From: a virus
IMG/VR virus record: IMGVR_UViG_3300021962_000073
Span: 1 to 64,000 of that record
Direction: 5' to 3' (one strand)
DNA: 64,000 bases
A program made the position numbers and the translations under genes. Position 1 is the stretch's first letter; every line of letters starts with the position of its first letter. This document shows positions 36,470 through 46,907 of the stretch, piece after piece. The notes under the pieces are model-generated. The model was given only the letters and a program-made list of their open reading frames with translations, did no database searches and was not told where the DNA came from.

Positions 36470-37609
36470 ATGGACGATTATGAATTGGAAAATTTTTTGG
36501 CGAGAATTAGAGTTGATGTTGCTACGCTGCGACGAAGACCTAAACGAAGATCGAATAAAAGAGTTTTAAAAAAATATTGCTGGGAATCATATCAACTACC
36601 GATGAATATTATGGAAAAAAACAAAGATAGAATTTTTATTGGCGCATCCGATTATTCAGATTTCGTATTTTGTAATCTGGTGAATAATTTTGAAGATAAA
36701 AAATTATCTCTTTTTAATCGTGAAATTAAATTGCATGGCAATCGTCGCCGCTGGTATAACTTTATTGAATCTAATTATGAGAATCAAAAGATTCTAGAAA
36801 TCAACGACAATTCAGGCTATATTATTACTGAAGATGGATTTTTTAGATATAGCGTTAGTTCGAATTCGATTACTGTCGAAATTTATGGTTCGTTGAAATT
36901 TATCGATCAATCGGAAGAGTTTGTATTGAACAATTTTGAAATCGTCACATCTTATATCGAATGGGTATATAGTGCGAATGGTGACACCGTAACAATTCCG
37001 TTAAATATGGACAAATTGCCCATCGATGAAATGTATCCATTTCTTAAAGATGAAACTCTGCAAGAATATTATGATAGGTTTTTAAATTCGACAGCAAACA
37101 TTCTTTTGTTGATCGGTCCGCCTGGTACGGGCAAGACCACATTTATTCGAGGGCTTATTGCTCATAGCAATTCATCTGCCCTCGTCACATATGATGCGGC
37201 GATTTTGGAAAAAGACTATGTTTTTGCCAGATTTATTGAAGACAATAATGACATCATGGTCTTAGAAGATTCTGATAATTTCCTAAATGCTCGTCAAGAT
37301 GGTAACACTATGATGCATCGTTTTTTAAATGTGGGCGATGGTCTTGTGACAACAAAAGGTAAGAAGCTAATTTTCTCAACAAATCTTCCTTCTGTTCTTG
37401 ATATTGATCCTGCACTAGTTCGTCCTGGTCGGTGTTTCGATATTCTTACATTTGATAATTTGCAAAAAGAAGATGCGGTGAAACTTGCGACTAAGGTCGG
37501 AGTAAACTTGACAGATGATAAGGATAGTTTTACAATTGCAGAAGTTTTTAATAAGCAAACATTAACTGACCAAAACAAAAAAATTGGTCGCAAACTTGGT
37601 TTTATTTAA
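36470..37609 (+). CDS. AAA ATPase
   Basis: GPPGTGKT, LEDSD, STN, D.AL.RPGR.FD. Confidence 0.85.
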   Translation: MDDYELENFLARIRVDVATLRRRPKRRSNKRVLKKYCWESYQLPMNIMEKNKDRIFIGASDYSDFVFCNLVNNFEDKKLSLFNREIKLHGNRRRWYNFIESNYENQKILEINDNSGYIITEDGFFRYSVSSNSITVEIYGSLKFIDQSEEFVLNNFEIVTSYIEWVYSANGDTVTIPLNMDKLPIDEMYPFLKDETLQEYYDRFLNSTANILLLIGPPGTGKTTFIRGLIAHSNSSALVTYDAAILEKDYVFARFIEDNNDIMVLEDSDNFLNARQDGNTMMHRFLNVGDGLVTTKGKKLIFSTNLPSVLDIDPALVRPGRCFDILTFDNLQKEDAVKLATKVGVNLTDDKDSFTIAEVFNKQTLTDQNKKIGRKLGFI

Positions 37610-37619
37610 GGAGTTTATT

Positions 37620-37892
37620 ATGGCCGTACAACAATTTAGTATTAATCAGATTTCAAATGAGGCAGACAGGAAAAAACTTCTGAGTGCCATTCGTGAATGT
37701 TCAGATTCTATGACTCGCATTTCTGCTGAAAAAGATTTGATTAAAGAAACCGTGAAGGCAGTTTGTGAAGAACTCAAATTGCCTAAACGACTCGTGAATC
37801 GCCTAGTGAAAGTCTATCACAAACAGAATTATGATGAAGAAGTGGCTACACATGAACAATTCGAACAACTCTATGAGACTATCGTAAAGTAA
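37620..37892 (+). CDS. dsbA: T4-like dsDNA-binding protein
   Basis: I.E.SDS..RI..EKD, YHKQN, FE.LYE; position before gp33. Confidence 0.75.
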   Translation: MAVQQFSINQISNEADRKKLLSAIRECSDSMTRISAEKDLIKETVKAVCEELKLPKRLVNRLVKVYHKQNYDEEVATHEQFEQLYETIVK

Positions 37893-37893
37893 T

Positions 37894-38115
37894 ATGCCTA
37901 CTAAAGAAGAAATGTTTAAATTTCAAGAAGAAATTGAGAAATTAATTTCTGGAACTGATTACAATTATATGGAAGCAATTGTTGAGTATTGTAATCGAAC
38001 TGGTATGGAAATCGAAGTAGCATCATCTTTGGTAAATAAAGATTTAAAAGCCAAAATCGAAATTGATGCTCAAGAACTCAATTTGCTTCCCAAAACACAC
38101 AGACTTCCAATATGA
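37894..38115 (+). CDS. 33: late promoter co-activator gp33
   Basis: YMEAIV.YC....EIE, LKAKIE.DA..LN.L. Confidence 0.85.
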   Translation: MPTKEEMFKFQEEIEKLISGTDYNYMEAIVEYCNRTGMEIEVASSLVNKDLKAKIEIDAQELNLLPKTHRLPI

Positions 38116-38693
38116 CAGGTTATGAAGCATTCAGTACATTTCATGTTTTAAAGTTGCACTTTACCACTAATTATGATTATTTTAAGTATAATGGTAAATG
38201 TAATATTTCAATAGAAACTTTTGAGAAGCGAAAAGACAAGTATCATTTTTATAAGTTGTCTAGAAAATATGATGTTGATGACTATAAACAATTCATAATC
38301 TCTAACTTACTTAAAGATCCTAATATCTGGGCAGGCAATTTGCTAGAAGAAACAGCAAATGATATTCATATGTCTAGAATGTCTAGAATACAGTCTTTGT
38401 CTTATAAATTTAAAAATGATTGTTTATTCATAAGAGAAAAAACAGATTTGAATGAAGCTTTAAAAACAAATGGTGATTACCCTCTTTTGCTTACAATGAC
38501 AACACAGGGGGATATTTCGGATGAAACCGTTTGTATACTTAATTGCCTTGTTAATTTTTTGCCCGTTTGGAGTAGGAAAATAAGGGATACAATTCGCTGG
38601 CCTCTTTTATATAAGAAATGGATGTGTTATACTCCATTCATAGAGTTTGATAGGTCTAAATTTAAAAAACTTGCCTTAGAAGGTTTGAAATGA
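38112..38693 (+). CDS. 59: helicase loader gp59
   Basis: LKLHFT..YDYFKYNGK, F.KRKDKY.F.KL. Confidence 0.9.
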   Translation: MTGYEAFSTFHVLKLHFTTNYDYFKYNGKCNISIETFEKRKDKYHFYKLSRKYDVDDYKQFIISNLLKDPNIWAGNLLEETANDIHMSRMSRIQSLSYKFKNDCLFIREKTDLNEALKTNGDYPLLLTMTTQGDISDETVCILNCLVNFLPVWSRKIRDTIRWPLLYKKWMCYTPFIEFDRSKFKKLALEGLK

Positions 38694-39181
38694 TTGAAAA
38701 AATTTATTTGGATATGGATGGTGTTCTGTGTGATTTTGAATCACGCTATGAGAAATTGTTCGGTGAATTGCCGGCGTATTCCCGAGAGATGAAAGAGTGG
38801 TCCGCGAATTGGAATGTTTTCGTTGAGACTGAACAGTTCAAAACTCTTGATTGGAATCCTGGCGGAAAAACTTTACTTAAAGTGATCACTGATGCTGATA
38901 TTGATTATGAAATTTTATCTTCATCAGGAGGCAAAAAACATCACGAAAAAGTAGAAGCTCAAAAGAAACATTGGCTTCAAACAAATGGTATTCTCGTCAA
39001 AGCTAATATTGTTCCTGGAAGAACAAACAAAGCAAAGTTTGCCAATTCTAGGGCAGTTTTGATTGATGATACACCAGATGTGATTGATGCCTTTAATGCA
39101 GCAGGTGGTTATGGTATTCTCCACAAAAATACCCCTGATACGGTAAAGAAGTTGGAGCGTATCTTGAATGTTGCTAAATAA
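38690..39181 (+). CDS. HAD 5'(3')-deoxyribonucleotidase-like
   Basis: IYLDMDGVLCDF, LIDD. Confidence 0.8.
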   Translation: MIEKIYLDMDGVLCDFESRYEKLFGELPAYSREMKEWSANWNVFVETEQFKTLDWNPGGKTLLKVITDADIDYEILSSSGGKKHHEKVEAQKKHWLQTNGILVKANIVPGRTNKAKFANSRAVLIDDTPDVIDAFNAAGGYGILHKNTPDTVKKLERILNVAK

Positions 39182-39251
39182 CAGTATATAATGCATACTG
39201 TGGACAATAAAAAATATTCCGTTTATACTACGACATACGAAAGGAAATAAT

Positions 39252-40151
39252 ATGAGTTTCGCAAATCTAAAACGTAATCGCAATAGTCTCGAAAAACTTA
39301 CGAAAGCAATTGAGACTACCGCCCAAGCCGCAGAAGCCGGCTCCAAAGACGATACCCGACTCTGGCAACCAAGTGTAGATAAATCGGGTAATGGCATGGC
39401 CGTTATCCGATTTCTTCCCGCACCTTCTGTAGATGGTGAAGATGGTCTTCCTTGGATTCGTACATTTAGTCATGGTTTTCAAGGACCTGGCGGATGGTTC
39501 ATCGATAACTGTTTGACCACTCTGAATGAAAAATGTCCAGTTTGTGAGCATAACAATTCTCTATGGAATTCTGGTATCGAAGCCAATAAAGAAATCGTTC
39601 GTAAACAAAAACGTAAACTTAGTTATATTGCTAATGTTTATGTTGTCTCAGATCCTTCAAATCCTGAAAATGAAGGTACTGTTCGTCTGTTCAAATTTGG
39701 TAAGAAAATCTTTGATAAACTTACTGAAGCAATGAATCCTGAGTTTGCTGATGAAGAACCTGTAAATCCCTTCGATATGTGGGAAGGTGCTAACTTCAAA
39801 CTAAAGATTCGTAATGTTGAAGGTTATCGCAACTACGATAAATCTGAGTTTGCTGATAAATCTGCTTTGCTTGATGGTGATGATGCTAAACTTGAAAAGA
39901 TTTATTCGCAAGAACATTCATTGAAAGAGTTTCTTGAGAAAAAGAATTTCAAGCCATATGATACTCTGAAAGCTCGTCTTGATAAGGTTCTTGGTTTTGA
40001 TGGTGAACCTGTTATTGCACAAACTCGTGCAGAAGATGTGGCAATTCAGTCTGTCAAACCAAAAGGTACTATCAGTAATGTTAAACCTGTAACCGTTGCT
40101 GATGATGACGAAGATTTGAATTTCTTCAAATCACTAGCCGAAGAACAGTAA
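39252..40151 (+). CDS. 32: ssDNA-binding protein gp32
   Basis: AVIRFLP, HGFQGPGGW.I.NC.TT...CPVC, GKKIFDK, acidic tail. Confidence 0.95.
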   Translation: MSFANLKRNRNSLEKLTKAIETTAQAAEAGSKDDTRLWQPSVDKSGNGMAVIRFLPAPSVDGEDGLPWIRTFSHGFQGPGGWFIDNCLTTLNEKCPVCEHNNSLWNSGIEANKEIVRKQKRKLSYIANVYVVSDPSNPENEGTVRLFKFGKKIFDKLTEAMNPEFADEEPVNPFDMWEGANFKLKIRNVEGYRNYDKSEFADKSALLDGDDAKLEKIYSQEHSLKEFLEKKNFKPYDTLKARLDKVLGFDGEPVIAQTRAEDVAIQSVKPKGTISNVKPVTVADDDEDLNFFKSLAEEQ

Positions 40152-40152
40152 T

Positions 40153-40179
40153 AAAAACAGCCCCCGAAAGGGGGCTTTT
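40153..40179. terminator. likely bidirectional terminator
   Basis: AGCCCCC-GAAA-GGGGGCT-TTT between convergent genes. Confidence 0.85.
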
Positions 40180-42175
40180 AGAATGATTTGTGAACTAAAT
40201 CTCCAGATGCTTTAGCAACAAGAAAATCTACAAGCATATCACTATTAAACGCAGAAGGAATTCCTCCAGTATCTCTGATACTTTTGCCTTGACTTGGTGA
40301 TGCTGTCGGCGGTGTTATCATGTTTACGGTTGGAACAATATTTGAGGCTACAGTTTGTAGGTCTGCTCTTTGTTCAGTTGCGGCAACTAATGTTTGACCT
40401 AGTGTTGGTTGCGATTTAACGCTCGATAACAATCTCTGAAAATCATTTGAAGACATTAGTGCTTTGTTTCCAGCGGCATCGCCTTGATAGAATGATCTAT
40501 CATCAGTTGTAGGCATAGCAGCCCATCTTCTCGCTACTTTATTTTGAAAATCCTCTAGGCTTATTCTACCTGTTTTGAAATCTTGGTAACCTAGTTCATC
40601 TAATAGTTTTGAAGCAATTTGATCTTGTACGATTGGTGTAAATTTATCTGATCCAGAAAATCCTGCTTTTGCTGCGAACTCTTTTAATGTATCGCGTGTA
40701 AATTGATATTTTCCTACAGCGGTACTTGCATGTCCACTACCAACCATTCCTTTTTGATATTCCAAAACTTCATCTATAGTCATATTCACAAGGGCTGCTC
40801 TCTTTGGGGTATTTTTACCATAAACAAGAGCATTATAATCTCCTTTTGATTCTTTTGCTCCTATTTCATTGAGCAATTTCTTTTTTCCAGGATCCATCAT
40901 TCCTTCTGGAATTCTTTCAGGTGTTGGTCTAACTGGACCACCGATATCTTGAGGCTTACGTTCGAAACGTTCAACAGAAGAGTTTACTGAACCGCTATAA
41001 TTATCTGCTGCTCTAATCATTTCTCTTCTTTCTCTTACCTGACTCATTATATCTTCGAGAGAAGCACCAGTTTGTTCTGCTCTATATCTGGCTGCGGCTT
41101 CAGCATCAAGTTCGCTACCGTAGTCTTCAAGATATCTTAAATACTTTTCTTGTCCAGAAACATCTCCTAAGGATATTCTTTCACCTCCTGTCTCTGAGGC
41201 TGCCGTTACTTTTCTTGCCTTTATTTTTGCTTCGATTTGTCGCATTCTTGCGATTGCCGCTCCTTCATCTGTTGGAACACCAGTTACGTCATTTCTGGGT
41301 AAAGGTTCACCAGATATCTTTGGCATTCCTTCTTGTTCTTCTTCAATAAATTTATTGACCAACCAAGCTATACCTGCTGCACCTAATACTGCAATACCGG
41401 CAGGCGATAAAAGAAGAGGTAATGCACCTCTCAATAAACCCCATAGTGCCTTACCAGTTATCCTTGCGGCCGCTCCTACTGCACCACCGGCCGCGTCAGC
41501 TAAACCAAAAATATTTTTTAGTGTTATAACATCTTTTATTTTATTTGGTAAATCAACTAGAATAGTTTTTAATCCAGAAAGAGCACCTATTAATGCTAAT
41601 GACCCAAGACCTTTCGCTTTATCTAATACAGACTCTTCTTTTTTACCTGTAGAATCAACAGGTTTAATTTGTTCCACTTTACTTTCGGCTCTGAATTTTC
41701 CTTCATATGCGGCTTCTTCTTCTGCGGTCTTTCTAAAAAACATATCTGCTTTATTTGTTGCAGTTCCTCCACCCATCTTGACTAGTTTAATAATATTTTG
41801 TCTCATCACATTCATGTCTCTTGCCATGGCTCGAAGAGGCATTGTATTTTTTCCAATAATTGCTAGTCTGGTATCTTGTCGTCTTAATAAATCATTCTGT
41901 GCTTTAGAAGATTCGAGAAGTTGTGAGAGAGCCTCAGACTTTAGAGATTCGCCATCCGATATTTTTTTGCCGGAAGATAATGCTTGGAAACCTTTACCGA
42001 ATATTTTTTGACCAGTAGATGAAATTATACCAGTGCCGCCAAATAATATGTTTCGAGGATCAAATCTTTCTTTTGTTCTTTTTAGAATCGTAGATCCTAG
42101 AGAACTAAGAACTCCTTGGCTTTTGAGTTCTTGCTTATAGATTTGCGCGAATCTGGATGAGTTAGATGTTGCCAT
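40178..42175 (-). CDS. tape-measure/hub-like protein with lysozyme-like domain
   Basis: position after gp26/51; ES.GDYN..TAVGKYQF..Q muramidase-like motif. Confidence 0.6.
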   Translation of the reverse strand: MATSNSSRFAQIYKQELKSQGVLSSLGSTILKRTKERFDPRNILFGGTGIISSTGQKIFGKGFQALSSGKKISDGESLKSEALSQLLESSKAQNDLLRRQDTRLAIIGKNTMPLRAMARDMNVMRQNIIKLVKMGGGTATNKADMFFRKTAEEEAAYEGKFRAESKVEQIKPVDSTGKKEESVLDKAKGLGSLALIGALSGLKTILVDLPNKIKDVITLKNIFGLADAAGGAVGAAARITGKALWGLLRGALPLLLSPAGIAVLGAAGIAWLVNKFIEEEQEGMPKISGEPLPRNDVTGVPTDEGAAIARMRQIEAKIKARKVTAASETGGERISLGDVSGQEKYLRYLEDYGSELDAEAAARYRAEQTGASLEDIMSQVRERREMIRAADNYSGSVNSSVERFERKPQDIGGPVRPTPERIPEGMMDPGKKKLLNEIGAKESKGDYNALVYGKNTPKRAALVNMTIDEVLEYQKGMVGSGHASTAVGKYQFTRDTLKEFAAKAGFSGSDKFTPIVQDQIASKLLDELGYQDFKTGRISLEDFQNKVARRWAAMPTTDDRSFYQGDAAGNKALMSSNDFQRLLSSVKSQPTLGQTLVAATEQRADLQTVASNIVPTVNMITPPTASPSQGKSIRDTGGIPSAFNSDMLVDFLVAKASGDLVHKSF

Positions 42176-42316
42176 TTATTTTTTTCTCGATTGTATTTGT
42201 TGTTTCAACTTCTCATTCTCTTCTTCTATATGCTGAATAAGCATGGTAATATAAATGTTTCTTTCCCAGGACATCATATTTTCTAAATCACTTAAACTGT
42301 ACTTGTGATGCTGCAT
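42176..42316 (-). CDS. 51: baseplate hub assembly protein gp51 (frame open to 42379)
   Basis: TNFALMQHHKYSLSDLENMMSWERNIY; not in ORF track. Confidence 0.8.
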   Translation of the reverse strand: MQHHKYSLSDLENMMSWERNIYITMLIQHIEEENEKLKQQIQSRKK

Positions 42317-42366
42317 TAAAGCAAAGTTTGTTTGATAATGATTGCTCAAACTATCATGACGAAATG

Positions 42367-43098
42367 TTATACGAAAAAACTTTGGATTCCTTCTAATAAA
42401 AGTTCTTCTTCATACTTACATTTGCTACACTTAAATAATAATTTTTTACTGATCTTAGGAATATCTTCGAAGAAAGCTTGTATTTTCGAAAATTGTTCCC
42501 GATTTAAACTATCAATAAAATCTTCTAACTCTTTTTCACTTACATCTTTGGCATAGTATATCGATTCTGAGTCATACACATAATCAATACAACTTGTAAT
42601 CAATTTCGCTGTTGCTTCTGCTTCCGATAAACCTTCAGTCTTTTTAATAGTATTGAAATTTGGATACTTCATTACTACACCAAGCTTTTTCGTCAACTCT
42701 ATTTTCTTATTTTTCTCTGTTCGTTTTTCGATTTCTACTTCAAGCAAATTAAATTGAAGTTTAATCATACTATTACATTTTGTAAGTTCTTCGTTTTCAC
42801 CTTTTACATCATTGTTACAACGATACTGCAAATCTACTATTTCACCAATCGATCTTGCTCTTAGCTGGAGAAAAATATACTCCAAATCTAAGACAGGCAA
42901 TTCATCAACATCTAAATTATCCACGCAACAATTATTAACGATTTGCTTTATTGCTAAAAGAACCGCTTCTTCATCCTGGGATTCAATTGCCATCAACAAA
43001 ATCTTTTCTTCTTTTACTAGAAAAGGTCTTATCTTTATTTTTTTACCTGACAATGGTAAAGTAATATTGTATAGTGGCACATCAATTTTAGGTAACAT
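42367..43098 (-). CDS. 26: baseplate hub chaperone gp26
   Basis: LPKI..P.Y...LP.SG....RPFLVKEEKILL, DLEYIFL.LRA.S.GE, LEG..SFF. Confidence 0.9.
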   Translation of the reverse strand: MLPKIDVPLYNITLPLSGKKIKIRPFLVKEEKILLMAIESQDEEAVLLAIKQIVNNCCVDNLDVDELPVLDLEYIFLQLRARSIGEIVDLQYRCNNDVKGENEELTKCNSMIKLQFNLLEVEIEKRTEKNKKIELTKKLGVVMKYPNFNTIKKTEGLSEAEATAKLITSCIDYVYDSESIYYAKDVSEKELEDFIDSLNREQFSKIQAFFEDIPKISKKLLFKCSKCKYEEELLLEGIQSFFV

Positions 43099-43110
43099 AC
43101 ATTCTCCAAA

Positions 43111-43878
43111 TTAAAATAAACTGAATATTTGTGCAGTTGTTCCTTTTAGTTGGTTTTTGATTGCTGTAGCAGTTGGCGATCCTGCTATTCCTGCTCCTAA
43201 TAGAGCAGAAGAAAATGCCGCAAAATCATAACCACCTTCATATATTGTTCGATATTTGTGGTAGGTAAATGAAACGGTCAATCTATGAAAACCATCATCA
43301 GACCAACTTAGTCCTTGGGATCCTATGGCCTTAGGAAAAGCATCTAAAAGTTCTACTGCATATATTTGTTTTATAGTGTCATCATATTGAATTATTTTTA
43401 TATTCGTTAGATAATTTGTTCCTTGACCTTTGGGGAACCGAATGTTATGAGTATCATTCGGAATCATTGCTTCCATCCATTTGTCAAACAATTTTCTCTC
43501 ATAAAATTCATTGGTGCAAAGAAAGGTAAAATTGGTATCGGCATATGCTGTCAAGTATGGAACTTCGAAACTTGGACCGTAAATACTGACTGTTTGTGTT
43601 TGTATTGATTTTCCAGGTAATTCAGCACTTTCACACTGTAGAGCCAAATATCTGGACATTGTCGGATTATAACTAGCATTTCCCGTTTCACCCTTCACTC
43701 TTGTGGTGATATCAGAAAAAATTGTATTAGGCAAATTTAATAGTCTTTCAATTAAACTTGATTCAACAAAGTTGCTAATATATTGAGGAATAGGCAATAT
43801 AACCTGAAAACGGTTTGGTCTAGCCAAACCTTCTTTGGCTTTTATATTAGATAAAAATAGTTGAGGTAAGAATGCCAT
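43111..43878 (-). CDS. 54: baseplate-tail tube initiator gp54-like
   Basis: GLARPNRF.V, CESAELPG, L.DAFP, LTVSF.Y. Confidence 0.7.
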   Translation of the reverse strand: MAFLPQLFLSNIKAKEGLARPNRFQVILPIPQYISNFVESSLIERLLNLPNTIFSDITTRVKGETGNASYNPTMSRYLALQCESAELPGKSIQTQTVSIYGPSFEVPYLTAYADTNFTFLCTNEFYERKLFDKWMEAMIPNDTHNIRFPKGQGTNYLTNIKIIQYDDTIKQIYAVELLDAFPKAIGSQGLSWSDDGFHRLTVSFTYHKYRTIYEGGYDFAAFSSALLGAGIAGSPTATAIKNQLKGTTAQIFSLF

Positions 43879-44456
43879 TAGAATTTTTTCCTTGATTGAG
43901 ACCATACTTTACTTGTACTAGCCTTTTCAAATTGTTCGACGGGAAGTAAAGCGGCTATGTCCCATTCATTAGCATGAATTTCTAAAAATTTAGATTGAAC
44001 GTGGCTCGACAAATATCTTTTAATGCAAGGCGTTGCTTCATATGCCATAGAAAAAGCTTGTAGTACCTGATAATTCATCCTAAGCTTTGTGCTTTGGTCA
44101 TAGGCCTTATTTGATGCAAAATGACTCAATTTATCCAAAAGAATGATACGATGCTTTGGGTGAATGTAATGTAAATTCAGCCCTAGAAAACCGTCTGGGT
44201 ATAGTTGAATTGGTATAACCAATGGGAACCTATCGTAGTATGGCAAAGTATCTTTCGTTTTCGGATCATAGTAAAAGAAATACATGTGGCCTATTAAATT
44301 TGTATCCGTTTTTCTAGTATTATCATTCATCAACTTTCTGGATGTAGGATTCAGATCAGGTAATTTTGAACGAAGCCAGTCTCTAGCTTGCTTTGAGCGA
44401 GCTTGATACCCAGTTTTAGATAACTGTTGATTGATTCTGTCCATTAAGTAAGCCAT
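43878..44456 (-). CDS. 2: DNA end protector gp2
   Basis: YFF.YDPK.K..LPYYD.FPL, GF.GLNLHY. Confidence 0.9.
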   Translation of the reverse strand: MAYLMDRINQQLSKTGYQARSKQARDWLRSKLPDLNPTSRKLMNDNTRKTDTNLIGHMYFFYYDPKTKDTLPYYDRFPLVIPIQLYPDGFLGLNLHYIHPKHRIILLDKLSHFASNKAYDQSTKLRMNYQVLQAFSMAYEATPCIKRYLSSHVQSKFLEIHANEWDIAALLPVEQFEKASTSKVWSQSRKKF

Positions 44457-44526
44457 GGTGCTATTTATTTGCCTTATGATTACCTGGGTTTCCTGTCATT
44501 TTGTATATAAGTATTGGTGTCCTGGA

Positions 44527-44976
44527 TCAAATTAATCCTAGATCCTTCTCCGTTAGAATCTTGAATTGCCATCCATGTTCATGGCAGAATTCATCTGCTG
44601 CTTTCCACTTCATTTGATTTATAGCATATGTTGCTGCTTCTTGTAGAAACCTTTTAGTCTTTTTCTTTTGTGTAGGTTTCTTTGTCTGTGCTTCTGGTTT
44701 AACCTCAATAACAAAGGTCATAACGGTATTATCTTTTCTTTTGACCTTTATGATGAAGTCTGGAAAGTATCTATGTCTTTTACCATCAACAGGTGAGATA
44801 TAAGGAATAGCTAATTCCTCTGAAGACCACCAGATTATATCTGGATGATCATCAAAGTATTTCATACAACGAAGTTCCCAGGAAGATCGATAAATGATAT
44901 TTTCTGGGTTTCCGTTGTATTTTTGAGGGTTTTGTGGTCGGAACCAACCCTTGTAAGTATTATTTCCGTATGCCAT
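44527..44976 (-). CDS. 4: head completion nuclease gp4
   Basis: YRSSWE, WSSEE..IPY, HRYFPDF, EVKP, N..KW.AA. Confidence 0.92.
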   Translation of the reverse strand: MAYGNNTYKGWFRPQNPQKYNGNPENIIYRSSWELRCMKYFDDHPDIIWWSSEELAIPYISPVDGKRHRYFPDFIIKVKRKDNTVMTFVIEVKPEAQTKKPTQKKKTKRFLQEAATYAINQMKWKAADEFCHEHGWQFKILTEKDLGLI

Positions 44977-44983
44977 ATAAATA
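44976..44983 (+). promoter_or_regulatory. T4-type late promoter
   Basis: TATAAATA upstream of gp48. Confidence 0.7.
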
Positions 44984-45007
44984 TGTAGTCAACATCTAAG
45001 GATAGCC

Positions 45008-46267
45008 ATGGCACTTTTTACTCTAGGCGATATAAATTTCAATAAGCCTATCGAAAATCGAGATACATTAGACTTTTTAAGTAATAGGTCGAAACTCTCC
45101 GCTCCGAATGTTTACAGATATCCCATAGATATAGGTAATGTTGATAGAGCACATTACATGATGATTAACATTCACAAGCAAGAAAAGAGTGCTTATTCTT
45201 TTGATATGGCCAATGATCCTTATTCTAATGTACAAAGAAATCGTATTGGTTTAGCGGGGCAGACAGGTGCTTTAAATGCTGGCGGAGTAATGCAAAATTT
45301 AGGTTCAACAGTAGGCACTTTAGCTAATGCAGGTACTCAACAAGCAAAAGAACGTTTCGGTCTAGACGAAAAATATGCAAGTTATTTAGCAGATTCTATT
45401 TCTAATGTTAAAGGTGCTATCGAAGGTACTCCTGTTGGAGATAAAATTTTAGAAGTAACGAAGGAAGTAGGAAATGAAGCAGAACAAATGTTAGGTCGAT
45501 TAAATAATGCCAAATTTTTGAGAACGACAGACAAGATAACTGATTGTATTGCTCTTTACATGCCAGAGACTCTCAACTTTGATGAAAGACAGCAATTTAA
45601 TCCTTTAGGTACAGGAGGAGAGACTCTAAATTATCTAGGATCTCTCGCATCAATTTTAAGCGATTCTGTTAATGGCAAAATCAACGCTTCCGAGGTTGCT
45701 AGAAACTTTACACCATTTATAGCACAAACTATATCAAATAGAATAGGAAGATTCGCTTCTAGTCCAAATACGATGGCTGGTGTATTTGCTTCTGCTATCG
45801 GAGGTGTGCAAAATTCTAGACTTGAATTAATATACAATTCTCCAGATTTTAGAAGTTTCCAGTTTCAATTTATGTTTTATCCTAGAAGTGAAAAGGAAGC
45901 CACTGAAGTTCAAAATATTATTAATGTACTGAGATTTCACCAAGCTCCAGAAATTATGACTGGTACCGCAGGATATTTTCTTGTTCCTCCTTCTGAGTTC
46001 GATATTACATTTTTCTATAATGGCTATGAAAATCCTAATATTCCTACAATTTCAACTTGTGTATTGACAAGCCTTCAGACAGATTATGCTCCATCAGGAT
46101 TTCATTCATTCGAAGTTCCAGGAGAAAATTATCCGTCAATTGGTAGAACGGGTATGCCTTTTGCTATTAGATTAACATTAGGTTTCCAAGAAACTGAAAT
46201 TATGACAAAATTCAATCATCAATTGAGAGCAGGATTTGCCTCTCCAGAAATAAAATTTACCAGATAA
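45008..46267 (+). CDS. 48: baseplate tail tube cap gp48
   Basis: YRYP.D, IALYMP, FRSFQF.F.F.PRS..EA..V..II. Confidence 0.8.
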   Translation: MALFTLGDINFNKPIENRDTLDFLSNRSKLSAPNVYRYPIDIGNVDRAHYMMINIHKQEKSAYSFDMANDPYSNVQRNRIGLAGQTGALNAGGVMQNLGSTVGTLANAGTQQAKERFGLDEKYASYLADSISNVKGAIEGTPVGDKILEVTKEVGNEAEQMLGRLNNAKFLRTTDKITDCIALYMPETLNFDERQQFNPLGTGGETLNYLGSLASILSDSVNGKINASEVARNFTPFIAQTISNRIGRFASSPNTMAGVFASAIGGVQNSRLELIYNSPDFRSFQFQFMFYPRSEKEATEVQNIINVLRFHQAPEIMTGTAGYFLVPPSEFDITFFYNGYENPNIPTISTCVLTSLQTDYAPSGFHSFEVPGENYPSIGRTGMPFAIRLTLGFQETEIMTKFNHQLRAGFASPEIKFTR

Positions 46268-46271
46268 AATA

Positions 46272-46907
46272 ATGTCAAAATATTTTACAAATTTTCCAAA
46301 GACATTTTATATTGCTTCTAATAATTCGACTTCATTAGAAACAATAACTAATTTGACGGTTGGGTTTTCACTAGATAAAACCTTTTCCAATAACTCGATA
46401 CTTTATCAAGAGTATACAGTAAAAGATGGTGATACACCAGAAAACCTATCGCATAAAATTTATGGATCATCCGAGTATCATTGGATTATTATGAAAATGA
46501 ATGATATCGTGGATATCAAAAACGATTGGCCTTTAGATCAGGAAACTTTAATTAAATGTATAGAAGACAAGTATGCAAACAATGCATCTCCAGGAGATAC
46601 TGGTCTAGATTGGGCAAAAGAAACCACACATTCGTATTACAAAATAGAAACTCAATCCTTTCCTAATTCTACGGAAAGTAAAGTCATCAAGACAAGAATA
46701 GACTCCAATACATATGCAAATTTAACTTCTAGTACGAATCAATATACCCTAGCCGACAATTCCGTACTTAAAATAGATGTTGCAAAATCTTTTATAACAT
46801 ACTATGACTATGAAGTTCAAGAAAATGAGGCGAAAAGACAATTAAAAATAATGAAGTCAGAATATATTAATCCCGTCTATGCTGAGTTTCAAAGAGTTAT
46901 GAAATGA
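46272..46907 (+). CDS. 53: baseplate wedge gp53
   Basis: YF..FP, Y.VKDGDTPE..S..IYG...HWII...N.I.D...DWP, NE.KR. Confidence 0.9.
   Translation: MSKYFTNFPKTFYIASNNSTSLETITNLTVGFSLDKTFSNNSILYQEYTVKDGDTPENLSHKIYGSSEYHWIIMKMNDIVDIKNDWPLDQETLIKCIEDKYANNASPGDTGLDWAKETTHSYYKIETQSFPNSTESKVIKTRIDSNTYANLTSSTNQYTLADNSVLKIDVAKSFITYYDYEVQENEAKRQLKIMKSEYINPVYAEFQRVMK

Noticed and set aside
41355-42011. 218-aa plus-strand ORF
   Set aside because: Antisense shadow of the tape-measure-like gene with no RBS or motifs.
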